From Centroscyllium fabricii (taxonomy: Eukaryota): DNA of 64,000 nt. The DNA lies in the NCBI GenBank assembly GCA_051313645.2, contig JBNRSN020000007.1, positions 237,770,001-237,834,000 on the forward strand, read 5' to 3'. The position numbers were made by a program, and so were the translations under genes. Position 1 is the first letter of the stretch. The number at the start of each line of letters is the position of its first letter. Below, piece by piece: positions 11,180-22,584 of the stretch. The notes beneath the pieces were generated by a model that did not search any database, had not been told where the DNA came from, and saw only the letters and a list, made by a program, of their open reading frames with translations.

Positions 11180-14100
11180 GCTAATGGGGAGGTTTGCTAG
11201 CATGGTTGGGGAGGGTTTACACTAACTTGGCAGGGGGTTGGGATAGGTAGTGGAAAAGAGGGCGGTCATAGGAAGCCAGAAACAAATGGTAGGAAGGTGA
11301 GAAACAATAAGCAAGGGAGAGAAACACAAAGGGCCAAACAAATTCATAATAGTGTGATCAAAACAAGCCTAAAGGCTTTGTATCTTAATGCAAGAAGCAT
11401 TAGGAACAAGGTGGATGAACTAGCTGTGGAAATAGAGGTAAGCAACTATGAGTTGATTGGAATTACGGAAACATGGCTGCAGGGGGGGCAAGGCTGGGAA
11501 CTCAACATCCCGGGGTATACAACATTCAGAAAGGATCGGCACAAAAGAAAGGGAGGTGGGGTGGCATTGCTGGTGAAAGAGGGGATAAATGCAATTGAAA
11601 GGAAGGATATTAACTCAGATGATACGGAATCTATATGGGTAGAACTAAGAAATAGTAAAGGGCGGAAAACATTAGTGGGAGTTATATACAGGCCTCCAAA
11701 TAGTAATATGGAGGTGGGGGACGGCATAAAAAGGGAAATTAGAGAAGCTTGCAATAAGGGCACAGCTGTCGTCATGGGCGACTTTAATCTACATATTGAT
11801 TGGACTAGCCAAGTTAGTAAAAATACTGAGGAGGAGGAATTCCTAAAATGTCTACGGGACGGGTATCTGGACCAATATGTCGAGGAACCAACTCGGGATC
11901 AGGCCATCTTAGACTGGGTATTGTGCAATGAGAAGGGACTGATTAGCAATCTAGTTGTACGAGGCCCCTTGGGTCGGAGCGATCATAATATGATCGAATT
12001 CTCAGTTGAGATGGAAAGTGAAAAGATCAGCTCAGAGACTAAGGTCCTGAATTTAAATAAAGGGAATTATGAAGGTATGAGAAGGGAATTAAGCAAGATA
12101 GATTGGGCAGTGTTTCTGGGGGGATTGAATGTGGATAGACAATGGCAAGCATTCAAGTATAGAATGGAAGAATTACAGAACTCGTTTATACCGGTTTGGC
12201 ATAAGAATAAACCTAGAAAGGTGACTCAACCGTGGATAACAAGGGAAATAAGGGACAACATTAAATCCAAAAAATGGGCATATCAATTGGCCAAAAAAAG
12301 TACTAGGCCGGAAGATTGGGAGCAGTTCAGGATACAGCAAAGGAAGACAAAGGGATTAATCAGGAGTGGGAAGATAGATTACGAATGTAAGCTTGCGGCA
12401 AACATAAAAACTGACTGCAAAAGCTTTTATAGGTACATCAAGAGGAAAAGATTGGTAAAATCCCAAGTCGGTCCCTTGCAGTCCGATTCAGGGGAATATA
12501 TAATGGGGAATAAAGAAATGGCAGACCAACTAAATTCATATTTTGGTACTGTCTTCACAAAGGTGGACACAAGCAACCTCCCAGGGATAGCAGCGAACAT
12601 AGGGTCTAATGCAAGGGAGGAGCTGACAGATATCAGTATTTCTAGGGAGATGGTTTTGGGGAAGTTGAAGGGATTGAAGGCCGACAAATCCCCAGGGCCT
12701 GATAATCTACATCCTAGGGTACTTAAAGAGGTAGCCCTGGAAATAGAGGGTGCTTTAAGGATCATTTTCCAGAACTCGATAGACTCTGGATCAGTGCCCA
12801 CAGATTGGAGGGTGGCTAATGTTACCCCACTGTTTAAAAAGGGGGGCAGAGAGAAAGCAGGGAATTATAGACCAGTAAGCCTTACATCAGTAGTGGGCAA
12901 AATGCTCGAGTCCATTATCAAGGATGTAATAGCGGAGCATTTGACAATTAGGGATGAGATCGGACAGAGTCAACATGGATTTACAAAAGGTAAATCGTGT
13001 TTGACTAATCTATTGGAATTCTTTGAGGAAGTAACTCGGAAAATAGATGGGGGAGAGCCAGTAGATGTGGTGTACCTTGACTTCCAGAAAGCCTTCGATA
13101 AGGTTCCACATAAAAGATTAGCATGTAAAATTAAGGCTCATGGGATTGGGGGCAAAGTTTTGATGTGGATAGAGAACTGGTTGGCAGACAGAAAACAGAG
13201 AGTTGGAATTAACGGCTCGTTTTCTGAGTGGCAGCCGGTGACTAGTGGGGTACCGCAGGGGTCTGTCCTGGGACCCCAGCTGTTTACAATATATATTAAT
13301 GATCTGGATCAGGGAATTGAATGTAATATCTCCAAATTCGCGGATGACACCAAACTAGGAGGGGGGGCAGGCTCTGAAGAGGGTGTCAGGAAGTTACAGG
13401 GCGATTTGGATAAGTTGGGGGACTGGGCAGATAGATGGCAGATGCACTATAATGTGGATAAATGTGAGGTTATCCACTTTGGGGGCAAAAACAGGAGGGT
13501 AGATTACTACTTAAATGGCAATAGATTGGGAGATGGGGAGGTGCAGAGAGACCTGGGTGTTCTTGTGCACCAGTCGCTGAAGGCGAGCACGCAGGTGCAG
13601 CAGGCGGTTAGGAAGGCAAATGGTGTGTTGGCCTTCATATCAAGAGGGTTCGAGTATAGGAATAAGGATACCTTACTGCAGCTGTACAAGGCACTGGTGA
13701 GACCACACCTCGAGTATTGTGTACAGTTCTGGTCGCCTCGCCTGAGGAAGGATGTTCTTGCCATGGAAGGAGTGCAGCGGCGTTTCACCAGGCTGATTCC
13801 TGGAATGGCAGGAATGACCTACGAGGAGAGATTATATAGTCTGGGCTTGTACTCGCTGGAGTTTAGAAGATTGAGAGGCGATCTCATTGAGATGTATAAA
13901 ATTCTGAAAGGTCTGGACAGGTTAGATTCAGAGAGAATGTTTCAAATGGCGGGTGAGTCCAGAACCAGGGGCCACAGTCTAAGGATAAGGGGTAAACCAT
14001 TTAGGACAGACATGAGGAAGAATTTCTTCACTCAGAGAGTGGTGGGCCTGTTGAATTCCCTGCCACAGAGGGCGGTGGAGGCCAGTTCATTAAACATATT

Positions 14101-14272
14101 CAAGAGGGAATTGGATATATTTCTTCAAGCTAAAGGGATTAAAGGTTACGGAGAAAAGGCGGAGACGGGGTACTAGCTTGCTAAAGATCAGCCATGATCT
14201 CATTGAATGGCGGAGCAGGCTCGAAGGGCTGAATGGCCTACTCCTGCTCCTATCTTCTATGATTCTATGATT
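11180..14272 (+). mobile_element. Young 5'-truncated CR1/HER1-like LINE with intact ORF2
   Basis: Begins in what looks like the last codons of ORF1 (GRFASMVGEGLH*), then an intact ORF2, a 3' hairpin and a (CTATGATT)n tail. Confidence 0.92.
11297..14176 (+). CDS. CR1 ORF2: APE endonuclease plus reverse transcriptase, 959 aa, uninterrupted
   Basis: YLNARS, GITETWL, MGDFN, SDHN (EN); [35 protein letters not shown] (RT). Confidence 0.95.
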   Translation: MRNNKQGRETQRAKQIHNSVIKTSLKALYLNARSIRNKVDELAVEIEVSNYELIGITETWLQGGQGWELNIPGYTTFRKDRHKRKGGGVALLVKEGINAIERKDINSDDTESIWVELRNSKGRKTLVGVIYRPPNSNMEVGDGIKREIREACNKGTAVVMGDFNLHIDWTSQVSKNTEEEEFLKCLRDGYLDQYVEEPTRDQAILDWVLCNEKGLISNLVVRGPLGRSDHNMIEFSVEMESEKISSETKVLNLNKGNYEGMRRELSKIDWAVFLGGLNVDRQWQAFKYRMEELQNSFIPVWHKNKPRKVTQPWITREIRDNIKSKKWAYQLAKKSTRPEDWEQFRIQQRKTKGLIRSGKIDYECKLAANIKTDCKSFYRYIKRKRLVKSQVGPLQSDSGEYIMGNKEMADQLNSYFGTVFTKVDTSNLPGIAANIGSNAREELTDISISREMVLGKLKGLKADKSPGPDNLHPRVLKEVALEIEGALRIIFQNSIDSGSVPTDWRVANVTPLFKKGGREKAGNYRPVSLTSVVGKMLESIIKDVIAEHLTIRDEIGQSQHGFTKGKSCLTNLLEFFEEVTRKIDGGEPVDVVYLDFQKAFDKVPHKRLACKIKAHGIGGKVLMWIENWLADRKQRVGINGSFSEWQPVTSGVPQGSVLGPQLFTIYINDLDQGIECNISKFADDTKLGGGAGSEEGVRKLQGDLDKLGDWADRWQMHYNVDKCEVIHFGGKNRRVDYYLNGNRLGDGEVQRDLGVLVHQSLKASTQVQQAVRKANGVLAFISRGFEYRNKDTLLQLYKALVRPHLEYCVQFWSPRLRKDVLAMEGVQRRFTRLIPGMAGMTYEERLYSLGLYSLEFRRLRGDLIEMYKILKGLDRLDSERMFQMAGESRTRGHSLRIRGKPFRTDMRKNFFTQRVVGLLNSLPQRAVEASSLNIFKRELDIFLQAKGIKGYGEKAETGY

Positions 14273-14984
14273 ACCTGATCCCCTCTAATTTATCCTTTAA
14301 AGGAACTTTCTAGTCTTTAGATCCCTTGAGAAATGGATATTGCTAAAATGTTCTTTAGCTCCTCCGCTACTATCTACTATCTACCTTTTTATTCCCTTTT
14401 TACCGCTACTAATATTTACTCTGTTTATCTTTACCTGACATTTATACAACGCCCAGTCCTCTTGACCTTTTAATTTTTTTAAACCTTTTAAAATATGTAT
14501 TCTTTGCCTTTAGATCTTGAGGTCAATCATGGCTTTGACTAATTTAAAAGCTAGTCCCAGAGTATTGAGCGTGCTTGTTGTTTACTACCCTTCAGAAAAT
14601 GTCTTCTTTCATACCCAAGATTTACCCTGCTTAATCTCCTTGTACAAATTGTTGTCATGCTGTGTGCACAAAGAGGAAGTATTTTGTGATGGGGCAGAAC
14701 CTGAACTGCAATGGGGACTATTTATTAAAATACAGATTGAGGTTCTGATGAAGTGAGGTTAAAATTATTGATGACATTTCACCAACACATATTCCGAGCA
14801 ATATCCGTGCATCAAGATTCAGATTCATTTTATTGTCACATCACAGATATACAGCGAGTGAAAAACCTGTGTGCAGAGCTCCTCAACAGTGCAGTAACAG
14901 AAGAACAAAAAACAATCATCAACCAAATTTACAAGTTACAGTTTACAAAATACACATTACAAAATATACTATTAAGTATATAAT

Positions 14985-15720
14985 GGCCCAGAAATTGCAG
15001 TGGAGCCTTTCATGCGGGTGCAGAGGTGCTTAACGCACTTTAATTGCCCATATTTACTTTTGCTTTTTTGCACCGAGAAATTCCCATTCGCCCTCCCTCT
15101 CAGAGCTCCGTGCGAGATCTGAAAGGCGTAATTACTGCAAACTGGCTTTTGAGACCAGCTGACCAATCAGTGGAAGGAATTCTCCGTTCAAAACTTCCAC
15201 AGAGAAATCTGTGCGAGTTTTGAATGGAGATTCTCAAAAGACACCTAAACACAAAAATAAAATTTTACAAACACCACATTTTTTAAACATTACTCCAACT
15301 AAGAAAAATAACATATTTTAAACAAAAAATTAAAATTTGCAGAATTTTTTTTTCACTTCAAACAGGTCTAAAAAAATACTTACCTGTCTTTAAAGTTATC
15401 AACAATTAAAAACCTGAAAAATCAACAATTAAAATCAATAAAATATACACTTACCAGATGAAAACGGGTTTTAACGACTGCTATTTTCCAGCGTTGATTT
15501 CTCTTCTCTTGGTCCGCTGAAAAATGAAAAAAAAACATCGGGATTTCTGGGCGGTCCTGTAGTTCGATGCTCCCTGCGGTGGACCTCGCAGGGAGCAGTG
15601 ACCCCCCTGCTGGGCGGCACAGGAAGTGCTGGAGCATGCGCACCGGCTCTTTCCTGCGGGTGTTAGCTCTGGTGCGCTCGCACCAGAGCTTAAACCAATA
15701 TAAATACAAATACCAGGTGG
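14985..15720. mobile_element. Harbinger-type non-autonomous element, left part only
   Basis: Starts GGCCCAGAAATT after AAT; AT-rich core and GC-rich arm resemble 18296-19090; no right TIR found. Confidence 0.6.
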
Positions 15721-16141
15721 GTATGAGCAAATTTGTGGAGTGCAGGTAGGGGTGTAAAGGTGTAGAGATGTAAGGGTTCTGGGTGGAGTGAAGGTGCGGT
15801 GGTGATGGTAAGGTGTATTGGTGAAGGGAGGTGCCTCTCTGTGATTCATCGTATACTGATCAATGAAAACTATGGATCCAGTCATTTAAATTAGAAGTGG
15901 CTGCAACAAAACAAAACCGCAGCCATTTGGTGGTGGGACTGATATTCATGAAAGAATCGCTTGTAAATGCACAGCTATGACAACACACAAATTACAGGTC
16001 ATTGTAGTGAATTAAATCTGGGGAATTATAAGTGGACAGTGATGGACGCTGGATGAAAAGATCCTGCTATTAAACATATGTAGTTAAAAAAAACAAAATT
16101 ATCATTGGTTGTGAATAATTCCTGCTTCTGTCTTTCTCTAG

Positions 16142-16274
16142 GATACTGTTTTCCATGCCATTTGGAGTTGTTTCTTATTTCCTGTTGTGGTTCAGTCCTT
16201 CCTATACAATGTCCTGGGAATACAGCTTTTTCTGGTATCTTATGACCTACTGTGCATTTCATACCTGCATGAGT
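16142..16274 (+). CDS. MFSD2A-like: MFSD2-family exon ((W)ILFSMPFGVVSYFLLWFSPSYTMSWEYSFFWYLMTYCAFHTCMS)
   Basis: ctctag acceptor, gtaagt donor, phase 2 to 0 in frame with the previous exon; two TM helices homologous to MFSD2A IIFSTPLAVIAYFLIWFVP...WYLLFYCLF. Confidence 0.92.
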
Positions 16275-17200
16275 GTAAGTATTTTTAGTGTAACCTAAAA
16301 CTGATGAGTCACTTAAACCCAGCTGATGTTTGCACATCTGTGTTCAGAGGCTCAGCATCATCTCTGCATCTGAATAATGGATTTTTTATCCTCCCCGTAA
16401 CAATATGCAAGTGGCATGAGACAAGTGTTTAGCATGGTTACCCAACATTAAACTGTTAGATAAAGGCATATAGTCCATTTCAAGACCAGCAGGCTGTACA
16501 GAATCATTTCCTACCACAACCAGGTACCAGACCTTAAAAGGGAAAAAAAGCAGGGATATAATTCAACCATTTTTTTGCCATTGTTTTCCCCAGGGCAAGT
16601 GCAGCATGAGTTATATGCAAAGGAAAGCTCTCTCTACACTGTCCCATCAAGATTAAATCAGGTACAGCATGGTTAGATGCAAGGTTATGCTCTGTTTGCA
16701 CTGTGCCATCAAGCATGCCCAGGTTGTCTAAAGCTTCCTCTGCACTGTCCCACCAATGTGCCTTAGCCTGAACTTGAGATGAACACCCCCTGTTGTACAC
16801 TATTTCAGTTTCCACACCATCCACCAAGATTGCCAAAGTAGTGCTGAATTGTGAGCAGTTTTATAGTGTAGACTCGTTCCATAGTTGTCAATTCGTCCAG
16901 ATTTGGAGTCCTCTGGCTGATGTCTCCATTGCAACTGAAAATCCGTGGATTCGAACTTCCCGTGCAGCTTTCTGCAGAGCCGTCCTCTTGTGTTACCATC
17001 CATGGCTCAGTTAAGTTTTGTTCTGCTGTACAGGAGACAACACAACAATCATAGCTTGGGTTATGACACTAAAGTATTAATTTCTCAACTCAAAAAAAGA
17101 TATGCCAGCGGTGGCACTGAAATAATTGACAGAGGAACAAAAACAAAATGTACTGAGCTGAAGCATAGTTTAGGAAATGGTTATGATGCTACTAACAATA

Positions 17201-18052
17201 CAGGTTGAGCATCATTATACCGGCACAGGCAGGACCAGGCCCGCACCGGTAGAACGAAAAAACCGGTAGAATGAAGCCGGCCAGTGCGCGCGCACCATTC
17301 AAAATGGCCGCGCACATGCGCACAACATTGGAAATAGAAACATAGGAGCAGGAGTAGGCCATTCGGCCCTTCGAGCCTGCTCCGCCATTCAATGAGATCA
17401 TGGCTGATCATCCAAACCCAGCACCCCGCCCCTGCCTTCTCCCCACATCCCTATCGAGCCTGCACCGACACATATCCCACCCTATCCCCGTAATGCCACA
17501 TATTCAATCCCCCTAACACTAAGGGTCAATTGATCATGGCCAATCAACCTAACCCACACATCTTTGGACTGTGGGAGGAAACCGGAGCACCCGGAGGAAA
17601 CCCACACAGACACTGGGAGAATGTGCAAACTCCACAATGATCGTTCCCGAGGCTGGATTTGAACCTGGGTCTCTAGTGCTGTAAGGCAACAGTGCGAGCC
17701 ACCGTGCCGCCCGCATCCTTGCTGAGTCTCAGCTGCGGTTTGTGCCTCCTGATGACGGCCTGCAGGCTGCTCCGGGGAACCGCGCGCTTCACCATGGTGG
17801 GCGCTCGGACCCGCACATTCAAAACACGGCGTGAGCCGCTGCGCCCTGATGTCACGGAAGGCCCGGCTCGTCCGGCAGCCGTTTTTAATGAGCTGCGCAT
17901 GCGCTCACCGTTCGGCGGCGCACGCGCAGATCATTCGCCAAAGCATCGATCGCGGCGGCTATTTTGCACATGCGCAGGGCAGTTGGGGCGATTTATGCCA
18001 GACAACTAAAGTTGCCGGCTTTTCGGTGACTGGATTACCGGTGCTCAACCTG
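17201..18052. mobile_element. Tigger/pogo-type (Tc1-mariner) MITE with an inserted V-SINE
   Basis: TIRs CAGGTTGAGCA / TGCTCAACCTG and TA TSD; same family as 33061-33520 in the opposite orientation. Confidence 0.88.
17334..17718 (-). mobile_element. HE1-like V-SINE (tRNA-derived head, V-domain, CR1/HER1 tail)
   Basis: Minus strand: GGCACGGTGG A-box, GGTTCAAATCC B-box, V-domain GTGGGTTTCCTCCGGGTGCTCCGGTTTCCTCCCACA, tail shared with CR1 3' ends in this window. Confidence 0.9.
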
Positions 18053-18295
18053 TACTTACAATCAGTGCTCTTCTAACAACATAAGCAGACTAATTCATAT
18101 CACATCCCTTAAACGGATGGTTTCAATCACTTGATTTACCTCACAATTGGTTGTGATTTTGTTTACTTCAAATAAAACAGAGTGCAGCATGACTCAGCAT
18201 TTGCTATCTCACTGCAGCACCTGTATGGCATCTTTTCTCCAAGACCTGTTGCAGCTATCTTTGAGCCAAGGAGTGCTCAAAGGTGTAAATATATT

Positions 18296-19090
18296 GGTCC
18301 AGAAATTCGGGTTTGCCGGTTGGAGGGCAACTAGGACCATGCGGAGCACTTAAGAAGCCCACCAACATCTGACTTTTTTTTTGCTCAGAATTTCCGATTG
18401 GCTCCGCCCCCTTCGTTCGCAACGTGGCAGTCCAGCCACGCTAGGTGCGCAGTGTAAGCCCTGCCCACAGATCCCAAATTTAAATTAAAAACGCCCCTCC
18501 GATCCCTAATTTAAATAAACAGATCCCGAGTTGGACCTTTGTGAGAGCTGCACTCTCAGACTCGCGGGGAGCAGCGCGGGCACAGCAGCTTCTCAGAGGA
18601 AGAAACGGAAGGTAAGTCTGCCATTTTTTCCTCATTTTTTTAATTAGCGAGAGAGTTAAAAATTTCAGAAAGTTAACTTTAAAAATTAGCGATTTGAAAC
18701 AGGTAAATTAACTTAAAATTGGATTTGTAATTTTTAAAAAAAAACTTTAACTTAAAAATTTAACGCTACCGATCTGGCCACATTACTCCCCAAAACTGTT
18801 AAAACTTAAAATTAAAGGTAAAAAAGTAACTTACCTTGTTTAAGAACGTTTCTCTCTACCTCACCCACGAGTTACTCCAGCTTTTTTCAAGTGCATCTGA
18901 GGGCTCCGTTGCCCACAGAATCACGGAAAAAAATGACCCTTTTTCAATCGGAATTTTTGGGTGCAACTCATTCCTGGGTATTATGCTGAGGGCACTTCTC
19001 CCTCTGCATCGGAAATTTCGGATCCGTGGGCATCTCGGATCCGTGGGCATCGCCGTGGGCATCTGCTTTAGGCATCGGAATTTCTGGCCC
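18296..19090. mobile_element. Harbinger/PHIS-type MITE
   Basis: TIRs GGTCCAGAAATTC / GAATTTCTGGCCC and 3-bp TSD ATT; homologous to 62200-63032 (inverted). Confidence 0.85.
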
Positions 19091-19100
19091 ATTATATATA

Positions 19101-19368
19101 AAATAAAAACAGAAAATGCTGGAAACACTCAGCAGGTCAGGCAGCATCTGTAGAGAGAGAAACTGAGTTAACGTTTCAGGCCGATGACCCTTTGTCAGAA
19201 CTCTGATGAAGGGTCCTCGACCCTGAAAAGTCAGTTCTGACGAAGGGTCATCGACCTGAAGCGTTAACTCTGTTTCTCTCTCTGCAGATGCTGCCTGACC
19301 TACTGAGTATTTCCAGCATTTTCGTTTTTTAATTTCAGATTTCCAGCATCTGCGGTATTTTGCTTTTG
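19101..19368. mobile_element. Palindromic Penelope-derived element with minimal hammerhead ribozyme cores
   Basis: Long inverted repeat. Cores CTGATGA-AGGGTC..GACCCT-GAAA (19203-19228) and CTGACGA..GAAG (19237-19261), plus an antisense core at 19173-19198. Confidence 0.82.
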
Positions 19369-19919
19369 TAAATATATTAGCTGCCTTTACTTTTAGAGTA
19401 CCTGTCACTGCACTTGCTTAATTGCCAGGGTTTGCAAATAAAATAAAAGGAGTGTGGCCAGCATTTGAGGGGAGATGATGCATTTAACTTTTGTAATGTA
19501 AAAATAACTTTTTGGACATGGTGAAAAGGATAACGTGAGTATTATGAAAAGGCAAAAGTTTGAAAATGCACAGGAGGTCACTCAGAATCTTGAAGAGGAA
19601 AAGGTTAGTTAACCTTTGGGTGTGATTCTTCCTCAGTACTGCCCGTTTTAAGGTTTGGAGATTTATATATAAAATGGTTAAAGAATAAACCTTCTGATTT
19701 TAAGGTTAAATGCAACAACTTGTCCCTGAAATGACCACAATTAAGGTTAGATCCAATAAAGTTGAGAAATGTCTTTCTCCCCATACTGTGGTTCTGGTGT
19801 GATGTAGACAACTTCTCTTCCTCTCTGTAGCAACAAGTAGCATTCATGTAGAGTGCAGCTTCAGTCCCACGTTCCACGTCCAGGCAACTGAATAAACAGC
19901 AACTGGCACCTTTAACATA

Positions 19920-20043
19920 ATGTGGATGTGCCGGTGTTGGACTGGGGTGGACAAATGCAAAAAGTCACACAACACCAGGTTTATAGTCCAACGTTTTATT
20001 TTAAATCACAAGCTTTCGGAGCGATGCTCCTTCCTCAGGCGGC
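19920..20043 (-). mobile_element. Penelope-like terminal fragment with hammerhead core, inside an L2-like remnant
   Basis: Minus strand CTGAGGA-AGGAGC-ATC-GCTCC-GAAAGCTT; same family as 21350-22462. Confidence 0.75.
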
Positions 20044-20943
20044 AGAAGAGACCAACCTCCCAAGGTGTTTCACAGTGGGCTGATCAGAAATAGGTTAATG
20101 CTGAGCCACAGGAGATATTGGGAGCGGTGACCAAAAGTGGTTTTAAGGAGGTCTCTCGAAGAGGAGAGGGAGGTGAAGAGGCAGTGAATTCCAGAGCATG
20201 GGGCCCAAGTGTGGAAGGGACGGCCGCCAATGGTGGGGTGAATAGGGAAAAATGCACAAAAGGTTGGGCAATAAATGCTGCCTTGCCAATATCCCCACAT
20301 CCAAGAACAAATATTTTTTCTTGTTTTGTTTGTTGAGTGGGGGGTGGGAAGGAAGGCATACCCCAACCTCCTGCAAAATAAGTCTCTCACCATTATCAAT
20401 TTGTAAATCCACTACTACTGCAAGCTATATTTTGTGCACTTTTTAGACTTTTTTTTCTTCCAATACATGAAATGTTGGATATACCTGAAGTTTAACTATG
20501 AATAATCAATATCTAACTGCACTTTGAGGAACTACTCTTTTCACATGTTGGAGCCTATACTCGGGACTTTTTTTCTTTGAGTTGTCAAGTCGTTGGTCAG
20601 CTATTGCTAAATTTCAAGGTTGATATGCCTGTTGTGCATAAGAAAAACTGGCATGAGACCTGCCTGAAATTATTTTGTTTCAGAAATTTACAGCCTGCAG
20701 AAAAAAGAGACTTTTATCTCCTGACGTGAGATCGATTCGTAATTCAGATTCCAGAGGTGAAAACTGAATGCCTAACCTGGTCAGCCTCTAATTTGAAATT
20801 TGAGTTATTTATTCTGTGTTGCCCATAAACACATACCATACTTGATAGTGGGAGCCAGTCTTTCAGCTTCTGATGAGAGTAATAAAGCAGGAAAGTTTAA
20901 AAAAAAATTTTAATATATGTTGTGAATGTTTGTGTTCCCGTAG

Positions 20944-21022
20944 TGTTTCCACGTGCCCTATTCTGCTCTAACCATGTTTTTGGGTGGTGACCAGCATGAC
21001 AGAGATTCAGCGACAGCATACA
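20944..21022 (+). CDS. MFSD2A-like: MFSD2-family exon (CFHVPYSALTMFLGGDQHDRDSATAY)
   Basis: ccgtag acceptor, gtaagt donor, 79 nt; near-identical to MFSD2A CFHVPYSALTMF...ERDSATAY. Confidence 0.97.
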
Positions 21023-21349
21023 GTAAGTACCGATTTTTAAAGTCTGAATTTAAAATTATGATTTTTCTGCTCCCTCTACTTTTTTGAGAATTTCACATGG
21101 TTCCCATATTCTTGCATTTGTATGTTTTGCTTGTCTAATATTCATTACTTTGCTACAGTGGCTCTGTTGGCATAGTTATCCCCCAGCTTTTAGTTTTGTG
21201 TTGTTGTAGTACTGGCCCTGGCAGCCATACAGTCCAGGAAGGTCCCACATTCCACCTCTGAACTGTGCTAAGTTTAACAGATTTCAGCTGGCTTCCTTCT
21301 CTCTGGACAGAATTGCTCCTGATCACTATCCAATGGCTCCAGTTGGATA

Positions 21350-22462
21350 AATGTAAGAAGTCACAACACCGGATTATAGTCCAACAGTTTTATTTGAAAT
21401 CACAAGCTTTCGGAGCGCTGCTCCTTCGTCAGGTGAAGTGAAGAGATGCATATAGGCACAGCATATATAGTCAGAAAACAATGCTAGATGATTACAGGTA
21501 ATTTTTCTAACTGATAGCCAAATTCCACACTCATGAGGACGGCCTCAACCGGGATCTTGGGTTCATGTCACGCTACATGTAACCCCACCTGACGTAGAGT
21601 CATCCAGACTCGAGTCGTCGTTGGCTTGTTCTCTCTACACAGATGCGGCTGGACCTGCTGTGATTTCCAGCAAAACATTTTTTTTTCATTTTATTTTTTA
21701 TTGCTTTGTTTGTTTTTTGTTTTTCATACAGCATGTGCAACACTTGACCTCTTGTGACCCCACCTCATTGTTCTTTGATGGAATGTTTTGCTGACTGACC
21801 TGTTTGGACATCATTTACACCTTTGATTGCGGTGATTACCTCTCTGCCGAGGTGTGATAAAGAGCAGTTACAAAAATTACCTGTAGTCATCTAGCATTGT
21901 TTACTGACTATATATGCTGTGCCTCTATGCATCTCTTCACTTCACCTAACGAAGGAGCAGCGCTCCAAAAGCTTGTAATTTCAAATAAAACTGTTGGACT
22001 ATAACCTGGTGTTGTGTGACTTCTTACATTTCAATTCAATTCAAGTTTTATTGTCATTGCAGAGTACTAGTACAATACAACGAGACGAAGACTCGACTCT
22101 CCCGAGAGTAGTGCAAATAAAATAAATAAATGACATGCAAAATGCATACAGTAGAGTACATTATCAGGCGTGCAGGTACCGGAGTTTCTTTTTAGAGTTC
22201 AGGAGGCTGACAGCCCTGGGGAAGAAGCTGTTCTGAAATCTAGTCGTGCGGGTGCAAATTGCTCTGTAGCATCTCCCGGAGGGCAGGGGGGCGAACAGAC
22301 TGTGGCTGGGGTGTGTGGGGTCTTTAATAATGTTCATAGACCTCCATAAGCAGCGTTTGAGGTAGATGCTTTCCATTGACGGTAGCTGTGTACCGGTAAT
22401 TCGTTGGGCAGTTTTGACTACCCGCTGCAGGTCCACCCCAGTCCAACACCGGCACCTCCACA
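21350..22462. mobile_element. Penelope-like insertion with inverted terminal copies, containing a Rex1 3' fragment
   Basis: 21350-21500 is the inverted repeat of about 21875-22031; TSD TCCAGTTGGATA (21338-21349, 22463-22474); hammerhead cores in both arms. Confidence 0.85.
22031..22432 (-). mobile_element. Rex1/Babar LINE 3' fragment
   Basis: LQRVVKTAQRITG...DPTHPSHSLFAPLPSGR..RTTRFQNSFFPRA; (TTGAA)n tail. Confidence 0.88.
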
Positions 22463-22584
22463 TCCAGTTGGATAGTGTGGGGATGTTGAATGAGGAAAGT
22501 ATTGGGTTCAGCTGTGATGCCTGTTAGTCAGTTAGCTTACCTATCTAGGTTTACAAATAATGTATTGGCCACTCCAAATAATTA

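Noticed and set aside
15376-15386. ATACTTACCTG, identical to the U1 snRNA 5' end
   Set aside because: No further U1 sequence follows; it is an antisense consensus splice donor in a MITE.
16793-17014. Overlapping short ORFs in non-repeat-looking intron sequence
   Set aside because: No recognisable domain or convincing splice sites, and no gap in the MFSD2 frame needs an exon here.
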